Of a stretch of 60,008 nucleotides of DNA, positions 8,638 through 17,131 are shown in pieces (the first letter of the stretch is position 1; each line of letters opens with the position of its first letter). The position numbers and the translations under genes were made by a program. The notes under the pieces are model-generated. The model did not search any database. It was not told the DNA's origin and saw only the letters and a list, made by a program, of their open reading frames with translations. The stretch spans positions 1 through 60,008 of IMG/VR virus record IMGVR_UViG_3300027874_000001, one strand, 5' to 3'. Source of the stretch: a virus (taxonomy: Duplodnaviria > Caudoviricetes).

Positions 8638-8866
8638 CGTGTGGTCCGTAGCGGCCTCGCCTCGCTGGTGGCAGGAATGCGCTCGGGAGGCCAACAGGAC
8701 ACTGGAGCAGGACGAAGTGTTGGAGCGGCTGCGGTCCAAGTTCGGAATCAGCAGGCACTCTTGGCGCATCATGTGTGGGCTGATCGCCATGAGAGGAGCA
8801 GAAATAGCAGTGAAGAAGCTGTACGCAGAGCTACATAACCCATTCCCGGAGGAGGAACATGGCTAG
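8615..8866 (+). CDS. Hypothetical protein
   Basis: ATG after GGAGGAG; fills the gap between neighbours. Confidence 0.5.
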   Translation: MPSSTPRSVWSVAASPRWWQECAREANRTLEQDEVLERLRSKFGISRHSWRIMCGLIAMRGAEIAVKKLYAELHNPFPEEEHG

Positions 8867-9221
8867 TGGTCATGCGTTTGATAAGTTCCACGGATGGAAG
8901 GCAGGGGAAGCTCCGGATCTGGTCGATCCATATGGGATCTGGCAGGCGGATATTCTTGGCAACCTTGTCACGTACGAGGAAGAGCTCAATAGCGAGTTCG
9001 GTGACACTTGGAAGCTCAGTCCAAATCCAGATAAAGATCACCCTTGGGAGATCATCCTGACCGTCGGCGGCGGCAGTCCAGAGGATGAAACAGGGTGGCA
9101 GTTCCGCTGCTACATGAGCGATCACCACGCTGACGCTCGGCTGATCGTCGACGACTACGTGCCAGAGTTCTCTGGTGGGATACCGATCGAAGATGACCAG
9201 GCGCCGACAGTTCAAGAGTGA
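8859..9221 (+). CDS. Hypothetical acidic protein
   Basis: GGAGGA RBS. Confidence 0.7.
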   Translation: MASGHAFDKFHGWKAGEAPDLVDPYGIWQADILGNLVTYEEELNSEFGDTWKLSPNPDKDHPWEIILTVGGGSPEDETGWQFRCYMSDHHADARLIVDDYVPEFSGGIPIEDDQAPTVQE

Positions 9222-9393
9222 CGTCATCGGGCAGGTGGCCTGGTTCATAGATGAACAACCGAAGAAAGGAGAGCACATACTGAACTGGTGCGTGCTCTGT
9301 AACGGCGGGCTGCACCACCATTGCGAGAGAATGCAAATGCGCTTCTGCCAATGCAGGTTGGAAGGACACCCAACTAGTACAGTAGGGACGTAA
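9175..9393 (+). CDS. Small Cys/His-rich hypothetical protein (start uncertain, possibly 9193)
   Basis: CVLC...HHHC...CQC...H motif. Confidence 0.5.
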   Translation: MGYRSKMTRRRQFKSDVIGQVAWFIDEQPKKGEHILNWCVLCNGGLHHHCERMQMRFCQCRLEGHPTSTVGT

Positions 9394-9418
9394 TACCAAA
9401 TCATACAGGAGGACAGTA

Positions 9419-9787
9419 GTGACCGAACTAGACAATCCCTTCAATCCGTTAGTAGCTCAGCAACCGGAAACAGAGAATCTCAACTGTCCGGAATGCGGGG
9501 CGCTGCAGAAGTCGAAGGGTGGCTTGGCGGTGCACCGTAGTAAGGCGCACGGCGTCGTCAGCCAGGAACCACAGGCCATCGAGCGTAGGAAGAAGCAGGC
9601 CGCTCAGCGCAAGGCAGCTAAGGCCCGTAAGGCGGCAGTCGTCAAATCCTCGGCTGCGGTCGAAGCTGCCCCCAACCCTCAGATAGTTCGGGTGCACCTG
9701 ACTGAACTGTTTCACACCGAAGACGACCGCATCATTCTCATCGGCGACGACGGTGAGCTATGGGGCGCCAGGAGGCTGCGGTTCTAA
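9419..9787 (+). CDS. C2H2 zinc-finger protein
   Basis: CPECGALQKSKGGLAVHRSKAH followed by a K/A-rich helix; AGGAGG RBS. Confidence 0.75.
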   Translation: MTELDNPFNPLVAQQPETENLNCPECGALQKSKGGLAVHRSKAHGVVSQEPQAIERRKKQAAQRKAAKARKAAVVKSSAAVEAAPNPQIVRVHLTELFHTEDDRIILIGDDGELWGARRLRF

Positions 9788-10038
9788 TGGGCTACAGCGT
9801 ACTGATCAACGGTACACGCCCCAGAACCAAGAAGATGGTCCTGGCTATGATGCGGCAGGATCCCGGTGCGGTGGTCTGGGTGAATGACAGCCTCTACGGG
9901 CAGCACGCTGGAATGACGTTCACCGGAACCAATCTGCCGGAAGGGCTGGACGATACCTTCGTCGGGCCGGACCCGCATCGGGAACGGCGTTGGTATGGCC
10001 AGATCAAGGTCAGCAAGGGGAAGGTAACGGTCAGGTGA
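9787..10038 (+). CDS. Hypothetical protein
   Basis: TAATG overlap with the upstream gene. Confidence 0.7.
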   Translation: MGYSVLINGTRPRTKKMVLAMMRQDPGAVVWVNDSLYGQHAGMTFTGTNLPEGLDDTFVGPDPHRERRWYGQIKVSKGKVTVR

Positions 10039-10235
10039 ACGTCACCTATCCAGACGTCACGGTGCAGTTCACCAATCAGGACGGCAACGTGTTCAACCTC
10101 ATCGGCCTGGTGAGGCGAGGTATTCAGACCAAGCATGGAAGGGAGGCTGCCGTCAGATTTGTACAGGAGGCCACAAGCTGTGAGGACTACAGTCAGGTTC
10201 TCCAGCTATGTTTCCGAACAGTGGTGGTGACATAG
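10035..10235 (+). CDS. Conserved small phage protein (QDGNxFx.IG type)
   Basis: GTGA overlap; VQFTNQDGNVFNLIG...DYSQVLQ resembles a common small phage family. Confidence 0.65.
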   Translation: MNVTYPDVTVQFTNQDGNVFNLIGLVRRGIQTKHGREAAVRFVQEATSCEDYSQVLQLCFRTVVVT

Positions 10236-10516
10236 TGGAAGACAGCGACAGTTGGCACATCATTCCGGTTTGCTTCCGAGCACGGGGAGGACCTAATGGA
10301 TTCCCCACCCGGCTACGTGCCACCGAAGGGTTGAGGGCGTTTCTGTCTGGGATACAGGATCAGCCGGAGGCCAACTTCTTCTTCCCGGAGATTTGGTTTC
10401 CCAACGATCCTATTAGCAACTGGGATGGAGAACCCAGGGATCAGTACCATCTGGAATGGGCCCAAGGTCCGATTCCGGAAGACCTAGGAGATAACATAGT
10501 CAGGAGAGAAGAATGA
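10235..10516 (+). CDS. Hypothetical protein
   Basis: TAGTG overlap. Confidence 0.55.
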   Translation: MEDSDSWHIIPVCFRARGGPNGFPTRLRATEGLRAFLSGIQDQPEANFFFPEIWFPNDPISNWDGEPRDQYHLEWAQGPIPEDLGDNIVRREE

Positions 10517-10650
10517 TTATCTTGGTACTACTAGGAGCCGCTGCCATAGCGGGTGGCGCTTGGATTGTCGCTCGATTCGTGATCGACAATAACTTCCCGC
10601 CTTCCGCTGGTAAGCTGGGCGGCGATAAGGGATTGAGGCCCCCACGATGA
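10513..10650 (+). CDS. Small membrane protein (45 aa); not in ORF track
   Basis: MIILVLLGAAAIAGGAWIVARF...; ATGA overlaps at both ends. Confidence 0.6.
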   Translation: MIILVLLGAAAIAGGAWIVARFVIDNNFPPSAGKLGGDKGLRPPR

Positions 10651-11324
10651 GGCGGGTGGTGTTCATACTCCTTCCGCTAGTACTGGTGGCATCGTTGACG
10701 GCGTGCGAGCGGCAGTATCCCTACGACGAGCGTTGGCCCAACGGGATGTACGTTCATCCTCATTTCATGCCTCCGCCTCCGCCGGAGCATGAGCACGAGA
10801 TGGCGTCGTGCTGGATCGGTATGAACGACCTGGCAGATGCGACGGTGTGGTCGTGGCTGAATGATCCCGGCTTGGAGAACGAAGAAGAGTGGTCGTGGTG
10901 GTTCTACTCAGACTTCTTGGGAGGCGTCGCTGATCGGTCATCGTGTCTGGCGGAGTGGCCGTGGGAACGTCAGGTTCTGCGTCACAACTACGCCTGCGGC
11001 TATGCGCTGGTGCCGTACTTCGGATCTGGTACCGAGGGAGATATGCTGTTCTTCCGTACTCACTTCCTGTGTGACGCTACGGCCCACGCTTATCTGCCGA
11101 TATTCTGCGACTGTATCCCCTTCGGATTAGCGGCAGATAGCCCACCAACACCCACGCCGGAGGCGCAACAGGCGATGGCCCTGGGCTTCACTACCATGGA
11201 TCCTACGGGTCAGTTCTTAGTGGATCCGTCCAATCCAGCGACGCCCCAACCATGCACGCCAGATCCCAGAGACACTCGGGTCTGTCTCCCAGCGGGGTCC
11301 GATCCGCCGCCATACGCAGGATGA
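10647..11324 (+). CDS. Cys-rich lipoprotein
   Basis: Signal peptide MRRVVFILLPLVLVAS with lipobox LTAC. Confidence 0.75.
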   Translation: MRRVVFILLPLVLVASLTACERQYPYDERWPNGMYVHPHFMPPPPPEHEHEMASCWIGMNDLADATVWSWLNDPGLENEEEWSWWFYSDFLGGVADRSSCLAEWPWERQVLRHNYACGYALVPYFGSGTEGDMLFFRTHFLCDATAHAYLPIFCDCIPFGLAADSPPTPTPEAQQAMALGFTTMDPTGQFLVDPSNPATPQPCTPDPRDTRVCLPAGSDPPPYAG

Positions 11325-11403
11325 CGGGTTACTCCGTCACGAACTCTAGGGGAGTGATACACTACCCCTACCGGGGACAAGCCCCGGAGAACAGGAGATA
11401 GTA

Positions 11404-12159
11404 ATGCCAGCAGCAGTGAAGCGGTCAAGCAAGAAGGCGTCTGCCAAGAAGGTGGCCGCCAGCAAGAAAGCCGTCTCTAAGAAGGCGGCTCCTCCGGCCA
11501 AGGCGGCGACTCCCAGGGGTGGTAAGGCAGCCACCGTCGATCCCAAGGACGTTGTCCGCATGAGGGACACGGAAGAGCTCAGCTTCAAGGAGATCGGCAC
11601 CCAGGTTGGCTTGGGCCGAAGTCTGGTCGAGGTTCTGTACATGCGAGGCCACCTGGCACCGCAGGACTTCGTTAGCTTCAAGAACGAAGAGGACCTTGGC
11701 GCTAAAGCGGTGCGTATGCGAGATGGTCAGCTTCTTTCCTGGGGCCAGATTGCGGCTCGCACCAACGTGAGCGAAGCCCGACTGCGGACGCTTTATTCCA
11801 AGAGCTCCGGCAAGGACAACATCGGGAATCGGATCGGCAAGGGCGGTCGCTACCCCAACGGTCAGACTCCGCCCAAGGCGGCGACTCCGGTCAAGAAGGC
11901 GGCTAAGGCTTCCAAGTCCACCAAGGCGTCGGCCCAGGAGAACTTGAATCCTGGGCGCAAGCACATCGCCGACATGGATCTGGACGAGCTGAAGACCCGC
12001 ATCGAGGGCCACACCATGAAGGTCGGCCGTAGCGGACGTCCTCGTTCCATGGAAGTGAAGACGGTCCAGAAGCTGGCCAAGGGCGAGCTTCATTTCAGCG
12101 ACAAGAAGGGTGCCGCCCACGCTGTCAAGCTGAGCGACATCGTTCGGGTCTCGGCGTAG
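11404..12159 (+). CDS. Histone H1-like K/A/P-rich DNA-binding protein with tandem HTH-like units
   Basis: KKASAKKVAASKKAVSKKAAPPAK tail; two MRD..LSxxxI helix-turn-helix-like segments; AGGAG RBS. Confidence 0.75.
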   Translation: MPAAVKRSSKKASAKKVAASKKAVSKKAAPPAKAATPRGGKAATVDPKDVVRMRDTEELSFKEIGTQVGLGRSLVEVLYMRGHLAPQDFVSFKNEEDLGAKAVRMRDGQLLSWGQIAARTNVSEARLRTLYSKSSGKDNIGNRIGKGGRYPNGQTPPKAATPVKKAAKASKSTKASAQENLNPGRKHIADMDLDELKTRIEGHTMKVGRSGRPRSMEVKTVQKLAKGELHFSDKKGAAHAVKLSDIVRVSA

Positions 12160-12350
12160 TTCTGGCGTGTCCACCCACGCTGGAAGGAGGAGTGGGGCCA
12201 GCGTCCTCGACTGGCCCCGCTTCTCATTGGGTAGGGGCCACCCCGCCACCCGGGACGCCCCTACCCGCTACCCTAGGGTGGGCCGTAGCTGGTCTGGAAT
12301 TGGGGGCAGGGCCAGTGCTATGTCCCCTGTGTTCGGGAGGCTTAGGGGCC
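12160..12350 (+). ncRNA. Candidate structured RNA (5-6 back-to-back hairpins)
   Basis: Stems at 12160-12185, 12187-12225, 12229-12266, 12267-12289, 12290-12314 and 12324-12348; mismatches in the two longest stems are G-U on the + strand. Confidence 0.5.
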
Positions 12351-12353
12351 AAC

Positions 12354-12548
12354 ATGCTAGAAGACTGGCGCTGTAGAAACTGTGGTCGCTTGGCTTATCA
12401 ACATGAAATCATTCAGGCCACAGGAGGAGTGGAGGGCAGAAGCGATCTGTTACAAGATTGGATGCTGACACTCTTCCAGCGGATCAGACCAGTCCACCCC
12501 TGTACCAAGTTCGAGAGGAACGACCATGGGCCTAGAAGACAAGATTGA
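12354..12548 (+). CDS. Small Zn-binding hypothetical protein
   Basis: CRNC...H...C; ATG 12354. Confidence 0.55.
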   Translation: MLEDWRCRNCGRLAYQHEIIQATGGVEGRSDLLQDWMLTLFQRIRPVHPCTKFERNDHGPRRQD

Positions 12549-12762
12549 AACTGGCACTGATAGCACGTTCGGTGCCTACTGTAACGTTCCTGGTTGTGAG
12601 TGGGAACGATACATGGAATTCGAGGACATGGCCAGAACTCTGACCGTGCTGCACATGGTCACCAAACACCCGGAGGCTTACTACGAACTGACAGGCAACA
12701 ATCCGTACGAAGCACAAAGGAGATACAAGATCATGATCAATGCTTGCAGAAGGTGGTTGTGA
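12526..12762 (+). CDS. Small C2H2-like protein
   Basis: CNVPGC...HMVTKH; GAGGA RBS. Confidence 0.65.
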   Translation: MGLEDKIETGTDSTFGAYCNVPGCEWERYMEFEDMARTLTVLHMVTKHPEAYYELTGNNPYEAQRRYKIMINACRRWL

Positions 12763-13404
12763 ATGGCACTAGCTGACGGAACCACAAGCGAGTGTCGCTT
12801 CTGTGGAATGCTGTGTGTGTGGGAGACAATGTTCCGCTATGACGCACGCACGCCAGACCGGGAAGTGCCAGAAGAAGAACCATGGGCTTACCGGAAGTCG
12901 CAGTACTGGGATCACTTTGCGCCAGTCGACCAGGACCATCCCCAGAATTGTCCTCCTGTGGATATGATGGTGAACGACCATCGCACGAAGTGGAAAGACG
13001 AGATGCGCAGTGTCACTCGGCGCTGCCTGCCCACCGGCTACTGCGGCCATCAACTCACCAGTGACCGCAGCGACTACTATGGCCAACTCTGCAATCGACC
13101 AGTTGTGGACGATGAGCTGTTCATGTGTGGAATCCACGCCGGCAAGGAACGAGAGCGTCAACGTCAGAAAGCGGAAGGTGAGGCTCGCAGAGCACAGAAC
13201 GAATTCTTGGAGGACTACGTAGAGACGGTGGTCAAGCCCAAGCTGTTGGATCTGGGCTTTCCGGGAGAGACGCTGCTGAGCTGGCAGACTTGGAGGGGAG
13301 GAGAAGAGACGAGAGTAATCCTCAACATGGATAAGTTCATCGAATGGCTGTTGGAACTGGAGAAACGACTTGAGAATACCGGAGATAGACCTCAACGAGG
13401 ATGA
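12763..13404 (+). CDS. Cys/His-containing hypothetical protein
   Basis: CRFC and C...C...CGIH motifs; follows the upstream stop directly. Confidence 0.65.
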   Translation: MALADGTTSECRFCGMLCVWETMFRYDARTPDREVPEEEPWAYRKSQYWDHFAPVDQDHPQNCPPVDMMVNDHRTKWKDEMRSVTRRCLPTGYCGHQLTSDRSDYYGQLCNRPVVDDELFMCGIHAGKERERQRQKAEGEARRAQNEFLEDYVETVVKPKLLDLGFPGETLLSWQTWRGGEETRVILNMDKFIEWLLELEKRLENTGDRPQRG

Positions 13405-15319
13405 GAGTCGAATCATACTGAGGTTCGACTACAACACCGCTCTGGTCAACAAGGTGAAGCAGCTTCCTGGAGCTCGCTTCAAGGCAGTTGACAAGGAGCC
13501 GGACAAGGGCGAGATTTACTGGTACTTCAAGAGTGATGTAGAGCTGGCCCGCATGATTCACGACATCATAGAGCCAGACATGACGCCTCGTTTCCGCAAG
13601 TGGGCTAATGAGAAGTTGCGCCTTCATAGGGAATTGTCTGCCCTCAGCACAGGTGACACCGCCACTCTGGAGCGACTGCCCCTGATCAACAAGGATCTAT
13701 ACGAGATGATCCACCTGGGGCCGAAGGGGCCGTACTACACGAAGAAAGAGCGGGAAGAACACCTAGCGGGCGACGCTAGTTATCAGGCAGCGGACGTGGC
13801 TTTCATGGCGTTGGTACCGGGTGTCATCAATGCCAATCATCCCGGTACTGGCAAGACCATCGAGCTCATTGCGGCCATAGAGGAGGGAGAATTGCTGAAT
13901 GGGCCGCATCTGGTGGCAGCACCTAGGAGCTCGCTGTACTCCGTGTGGGAGCACTGGCTGCTAGAGCTACAGCCCCACCCTATCTACATCATGCCGGATG
14001 GGCGGGAACGTCGCATTCGTACCATGCAGGAGGTGATGTGGCTCTGGGAGGAGGACGAACCATTCTGGCTAGTCACCAATCCTGCTACCCTGACGTACGA
14101 CAGCGATTTCGAGCGTTGTGCTGATCATGTAGGCAAGAACGGCATCAAGAAGAACGAGCTCCGCAAGTGCGCTCGTAAGGGTGGCTGTCGGGAAGAGTTC
14201 TTTCCTGTGTTTCCCGAGTTCGAGGAGATTGAGTGGAACAGCTTCACACTAGACGAGTTTCACTTGGCCGGATTGGGAGAGGGCAACACAAGCACTCACA
14301 AAGGTGTGCGGGGTATCACGGCGGACAAGAAGATCCTGATGAGCGGCACGCCTATGGGCGGCAAGATCATCAAGCTATTTGCTGCGCTGAACATCCTGGA
14401 TCCGGATGAGTTCAGTAGCAAATGGCGCTTCGCCGAGATGTGGCTAGACATCGTCGAAGATCATGGCTACAAGAAGATCGAGTCTCTTCGGAAGGGCATG
14501 GAACAGCAGTTCTACTCTATGCTGAGCACACGCATGATACGCCGCACTAAGGACGAAGTATTGCCCTGGCTGCCGCCAAAGCAGATCATCGATATGGTAG
14601 TGCCGATGACTGAGAAGCAGGAGGAGCAGTACACTGAATTCGAAGATATGGCGGAGGTCAGGATTGACGACTACAACCTGAGTGCCGTTGGCATCTTGGC
14701 TGAGTACGCTCGTCTCAAGCAGTTCGCTAACGCTGTGCAGACCGTGAAGATCATTCCTGATCCTGACCCGGATGAGCCACCGTACATAGAGCTGCATCCC
14801 ACCGAGGATAGCCCAAAGCTGCCGGTGATCATGGACCTCCTGGGAGAGCGTGGGATCACGGGAGACGAGGATGCTGCGGGGGACGAACAGGTGGTCATCT
14901 TCACGGAGAGCGAGCGCATGGCTAGCATGGTGTACGAGTACCTTCTCAAACATAAGATTCCCAGCGCCAAGATAACTGGTCCCGTGAGCACCCGGCGCAG
15001 GGCGGACCTACAGGCAGAGTTCCAAGCGCCAGGCGGGCCCAGGGTCATGGTCTGCACCACCACGGCGGGTGGCGTCAGTATCACGTTGGACCGGGCATCT
15101 ACCGCTATCTTCCTAGACGAAACCTGGAACCCGGACGACCAGGAGCAGGCGCTTGATCGCTTGCACCGAGCGTCCCGCATCCACCAAGTAGTAGGGTACT
15201 TCGTACGGACTAACGCCACGATCCAGCAATACATTCAGGAGCGTGTGCTGGATAAGAGCGAAGTCAACAAGAAGGTGCTCGAGTTCCGGAAGCGTGGGTT
15301 CTTCACAGGAAAGAGATAG
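13370..15319 (+). CDS. SNF2-family (SF2) helicase/ATPase
   Basis: Motif I HPGTGKT, motif II DEFH, motif III SGTP, motif VI QALDRLHR; N-terminal HARP-like segment. Confidence 0.9.
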   Translation: MRIPEIDLNEDESRIILRFDYNTALVNKVKQLPGARFKAVDKEPDKGEIYWYFKSDVELARMIHDIIEPDMTPRFRKWANEKLRLHRELSALSTGDTATLERLPLINKDLYEMIHLGPKGPYYTKKEREEHLAGDASYQAADVAFMALVPGVINANHPGTGKTIELIAAIEEGELLNGPHLVAAPRSSLYSVWEHWLLELQPHPIYIMPDGRERRIRTMQEVMWLWEEDEPFWLVTNPATLTYDSDFERCADHVGKNGIKKNELRKCARKGGCREEFFPVFPEFEEIEWNSFTLDEFHLAGLGEGNTSTHKGVRGITADKKILMSGTPMGGKIIKLFAALNILDPDEFSSKWRFAEMWLDIVEDHGYKKIESLRKGMEQQFYSMLSTRMIRRTKDEVLPWLPPKQIIDMVVPMTEKQEEQYTEFEDMAEVRIDDYNLSAVGILAEYARLKQFANAVQTVKIIPDPDPDEPPYIELHPTEDSPKLPVIMDLLGERGITGDEDAAGDEQVVIFTESERMASMVYEYLLKHKIPSAKITGPVSTRRRADLQAEFQAPGGPRVMVCTTTAGGVSITLDRASTAIFLDETWNPDDQEQALDRLHRASRIHQVVGYFVRTNATIQQYIQERVLDKSEVNKKVLEFRKRGFFTGKR

Positions 15320-15320
15320 G

Positions 15321-16313
15321 ATGCCAGAACAGCTAGTAACCATCCGGACCTCGGAGAGAACTTGCTACAAGACCTGTAGGCAACAGTGGTGGTGGTCCTA
15401 CGTGGAGCACCTGAGGCCCAAGGACGTTCGGCCTGCTCTAGGATTCGGAGACCTGGTACACAAGTCGCTAGAGGCGTACTACCCACCAGGCAAGAAGCGC
15501 AGGGGAAAGCCTTCCAAGCATCTGATTCGCATCTATCGCAAGATGCTGGAGGATGGAGCAGAGGAGATCTTCCCCATCAAAGACGACCCCACCATCACGG
15601 CGGAAGATCTAGGGGTGGAGATGCTGGACAACTACGTCGCCGAGTACGGGGACGACGAGCGGTACGAAGTGATCGCTAGCGAGATGACGTTCCAAGTGGA
15701 TGTGTTCCATCCCAAGACAGGGAAGTACCTGTACACTTACGTCGGCACCACCGACGGCATATGGCGAGATCTGTTCACGGGTTGGCTGGTAGTACTAGAG
15801 ACCAAGACTGGCCAGAACCTGGCTCCCTTCGGCGCTCCTACTTGGAACGATGAGCAGGCGGGGAGCTACCTCACATTCGCACCGTTCTGGCTGAAGGCCA
15901 AGGGGATACTAGGGCCGGATGAATTCGTGGACTATGTCCTCTACAACCGCTTGAGGAAAGCGTTCGCAGACCAGCGTCCCATGAATTCAGAGGGACTGTA
16001 CCTCAATCAGAATGGCACCATCAGTGTACGGCAGCCGCCGCCACTGTTCAAGCGAGAGCCAGTGTACCGAGGCGAAGGCGACCGCATCAGTATGCTGAAT
16101 CGTACCTTGGCGGAAGTGCGGGAGATGGCCCTAGCTCGGCAGGGCAAGCTGAAGATCACCAAGACTCCAGGCCAACACTGCAACTGGTGTGATCATAAGG
16201 AGATGTGCGAGGTACACGAGGCTCGTAGCGACTGGCGAGCTATAAGGCGTAGCCTTTACACCACGTGGGAGCCGTACGAAGCCCACGAGATCGAGCTAGA
16301 AAGAAGTCACTGA
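15321..16313 (+). CDS. PD-(D/E)xK RecB/Cas4-like exonuclease
   Basis: SER.CYKTCRQQWWW...GDLVH...GTTD...ETKT...CNWCDHKEMC. Confidence 0.85.
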   Translation: MPEQLVTIRTSERTCYKTCRQQWWWSYVEHLRPKDVRPALGFGDLVHKSLEAYYPPGKKRRGKPSKHLIRIYRKMLEDGAEEIFPIKDDPTITAEDLGVEMLDNYVAEYGDDERYEVIASEMTFQVDVFHPKTGKYLYTYVGTTDGIWRDLFTGWLVVLETKTGQNLAPFGAPTWNDEQAGSYLTFAPFWLKAKGILGPDEFVDYVLYNRLRKAFADQRPMNSEGLYLNQNGTISVRQPPPLFKREPVYRGEGDRISMLNRTLAEVREMALARQGKLKITKTPGQHCNWCDHKEMCEVHEARSDWRAIRRSLYTTWEPYEAHEIELERSH

Positions 16314-16471
16314 TGCCAGCTAGGAGACCATTCCGTAGCAAGGCGCAGGCGAGATACCTGTTCTCGCAGAAGCCCAGTGTGGCTAGGAAGTTCGTCCGGG
16401 AAGCCAAGCGTGTAGGCGTCAAGCATCCCATCAGGAATCTGCCCAACCGGGCTCGGAAGCGGAGGCGCTAA
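16313..16471 (+). CDS. Tiny highly basic protein 1 (52 aa, PFRSKAQ motif)
   Basis: TGATG coupling to the exonuclease; very R/K-rich. Confidence 0.75.
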   Translation: MPARRPFRSKAQARYLFSQKPSVARKFVREAKRVGVKHPIRNLPNRARKRRR

Positions 16472-16668
16472 TGGCGAGGACGAAGAAGCCGCCCAAACCC
16501 AAGAAAGCTAAGAAAGCTAAGAAAGCGAAGAAGGCCAAGCACGTCAAGGGTGGGCCGGTGAAGAAGATCAAGAAGGGCAAGTTGAGCAACTTGGCCGTGA
16601 AGGTCATAGGATCACTGGACGAGAAACACCCTCGGGACGCAAGAGGTCGCTTCAGGAGGAAGCACTGA
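16471..16668 (+). CDS. Tiny highly basic protein 2 (65 aa, KKA repeats, HPRDARGRF)
   Basis: TAATG coupling; GGAGG RBS; 9-bp AAGAAAGCT tandem repeats at 16501-16536. Confidence 0.8.
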   Translation: MARTKKPPKPKKAKKAKKAKKAKHVKGGPVKKIKKGKLSNLAVKVIGSLDEKHPRDARGRFRRKH

Positions 16669-16847
16669 TGGCAAGAGTCAAGAAGGCGCAGGCACCACCG
16701 GCAAGCAAGATCACTCCTCAGACCAACCCAGATTTCAAGACGGCGGGGACTCCCAACACACCGGACTTCAAGAAGCCTGTCAAGACCAAGAAGGGCCGGA
16801 ACAAGAAGCAACCGCCCCAGCCGCCAGCCAACAAGCAAGGAGCCTGA
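16668..16847 (+). CDS. Tiny basic K/P-rich protein 3 (59 aa); not in ORF track
   Basis: TGATG coupling; AGGAGG RBS; MARVKKAQAPPASKITPQTNPDFK...PDFKKPVKTKKGRNKK... Confidence 0.75.
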   Translation: MARVKKAQAPPASKITPQTNPDFKTAGTPNTPDFKKPVKTKKGRNKKQPPQPPANKQGA

Positions 16848-16849
16848 CA

Positions 16850-17053
16850 GTGAAGGCTGCTAGTCGCAAGAAGATTTCGAAGAGTAAGTTCGGTCTGCCG
16901 GGGAGTCGCAAGTACCCCATGCACGATCGCAAGCACGCCGCTAACGCCAAGGCCCGAGCCACGCAGATGCATCGCAAGGGCAAGCTCTCCCTCGCCTCTA
17001 AGAACCGCATTCATGCCAAGGCCAACCGGGTACTAAAGCGAGGCCGCAAGTAG
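16850..17053 (+). CDS. Tiny highly basic protein 4 (67 aa, DUF6582-like FGLP..RKYP..D..HA.NA.AR)
   Basis: AAGGAG RBS before GTG; motif recognised by eye. Confidence 0.8.
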   Translation: MKAASRKKISKSKFGLPGSRKYPMHDRKHAANAKARATQMHRKGKLSLASKNRIHAKANRVLKRGRK

Positions 17054-17131
17054 TAGGGTAGGGTCGTTTGGTTGGTACGGGTCAGGATCGTCTGCGAGGG
17101 CGGTCCTGGCCCACTCAATAGGAGGACAGGA

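Noticed and set aside
12160-12350. tRNA or tmRNA in the hairpin-rich intergenic regions
   Set aside because: No cloverleaf with a TTC T-loop and acceptor stem could be built by eye.
16471-16490. MARTKK start resembling histone H3 (MARTKQ)
   Set aside because: The five-residue match lies in low-complexity basic sequence and no histone fold follows.
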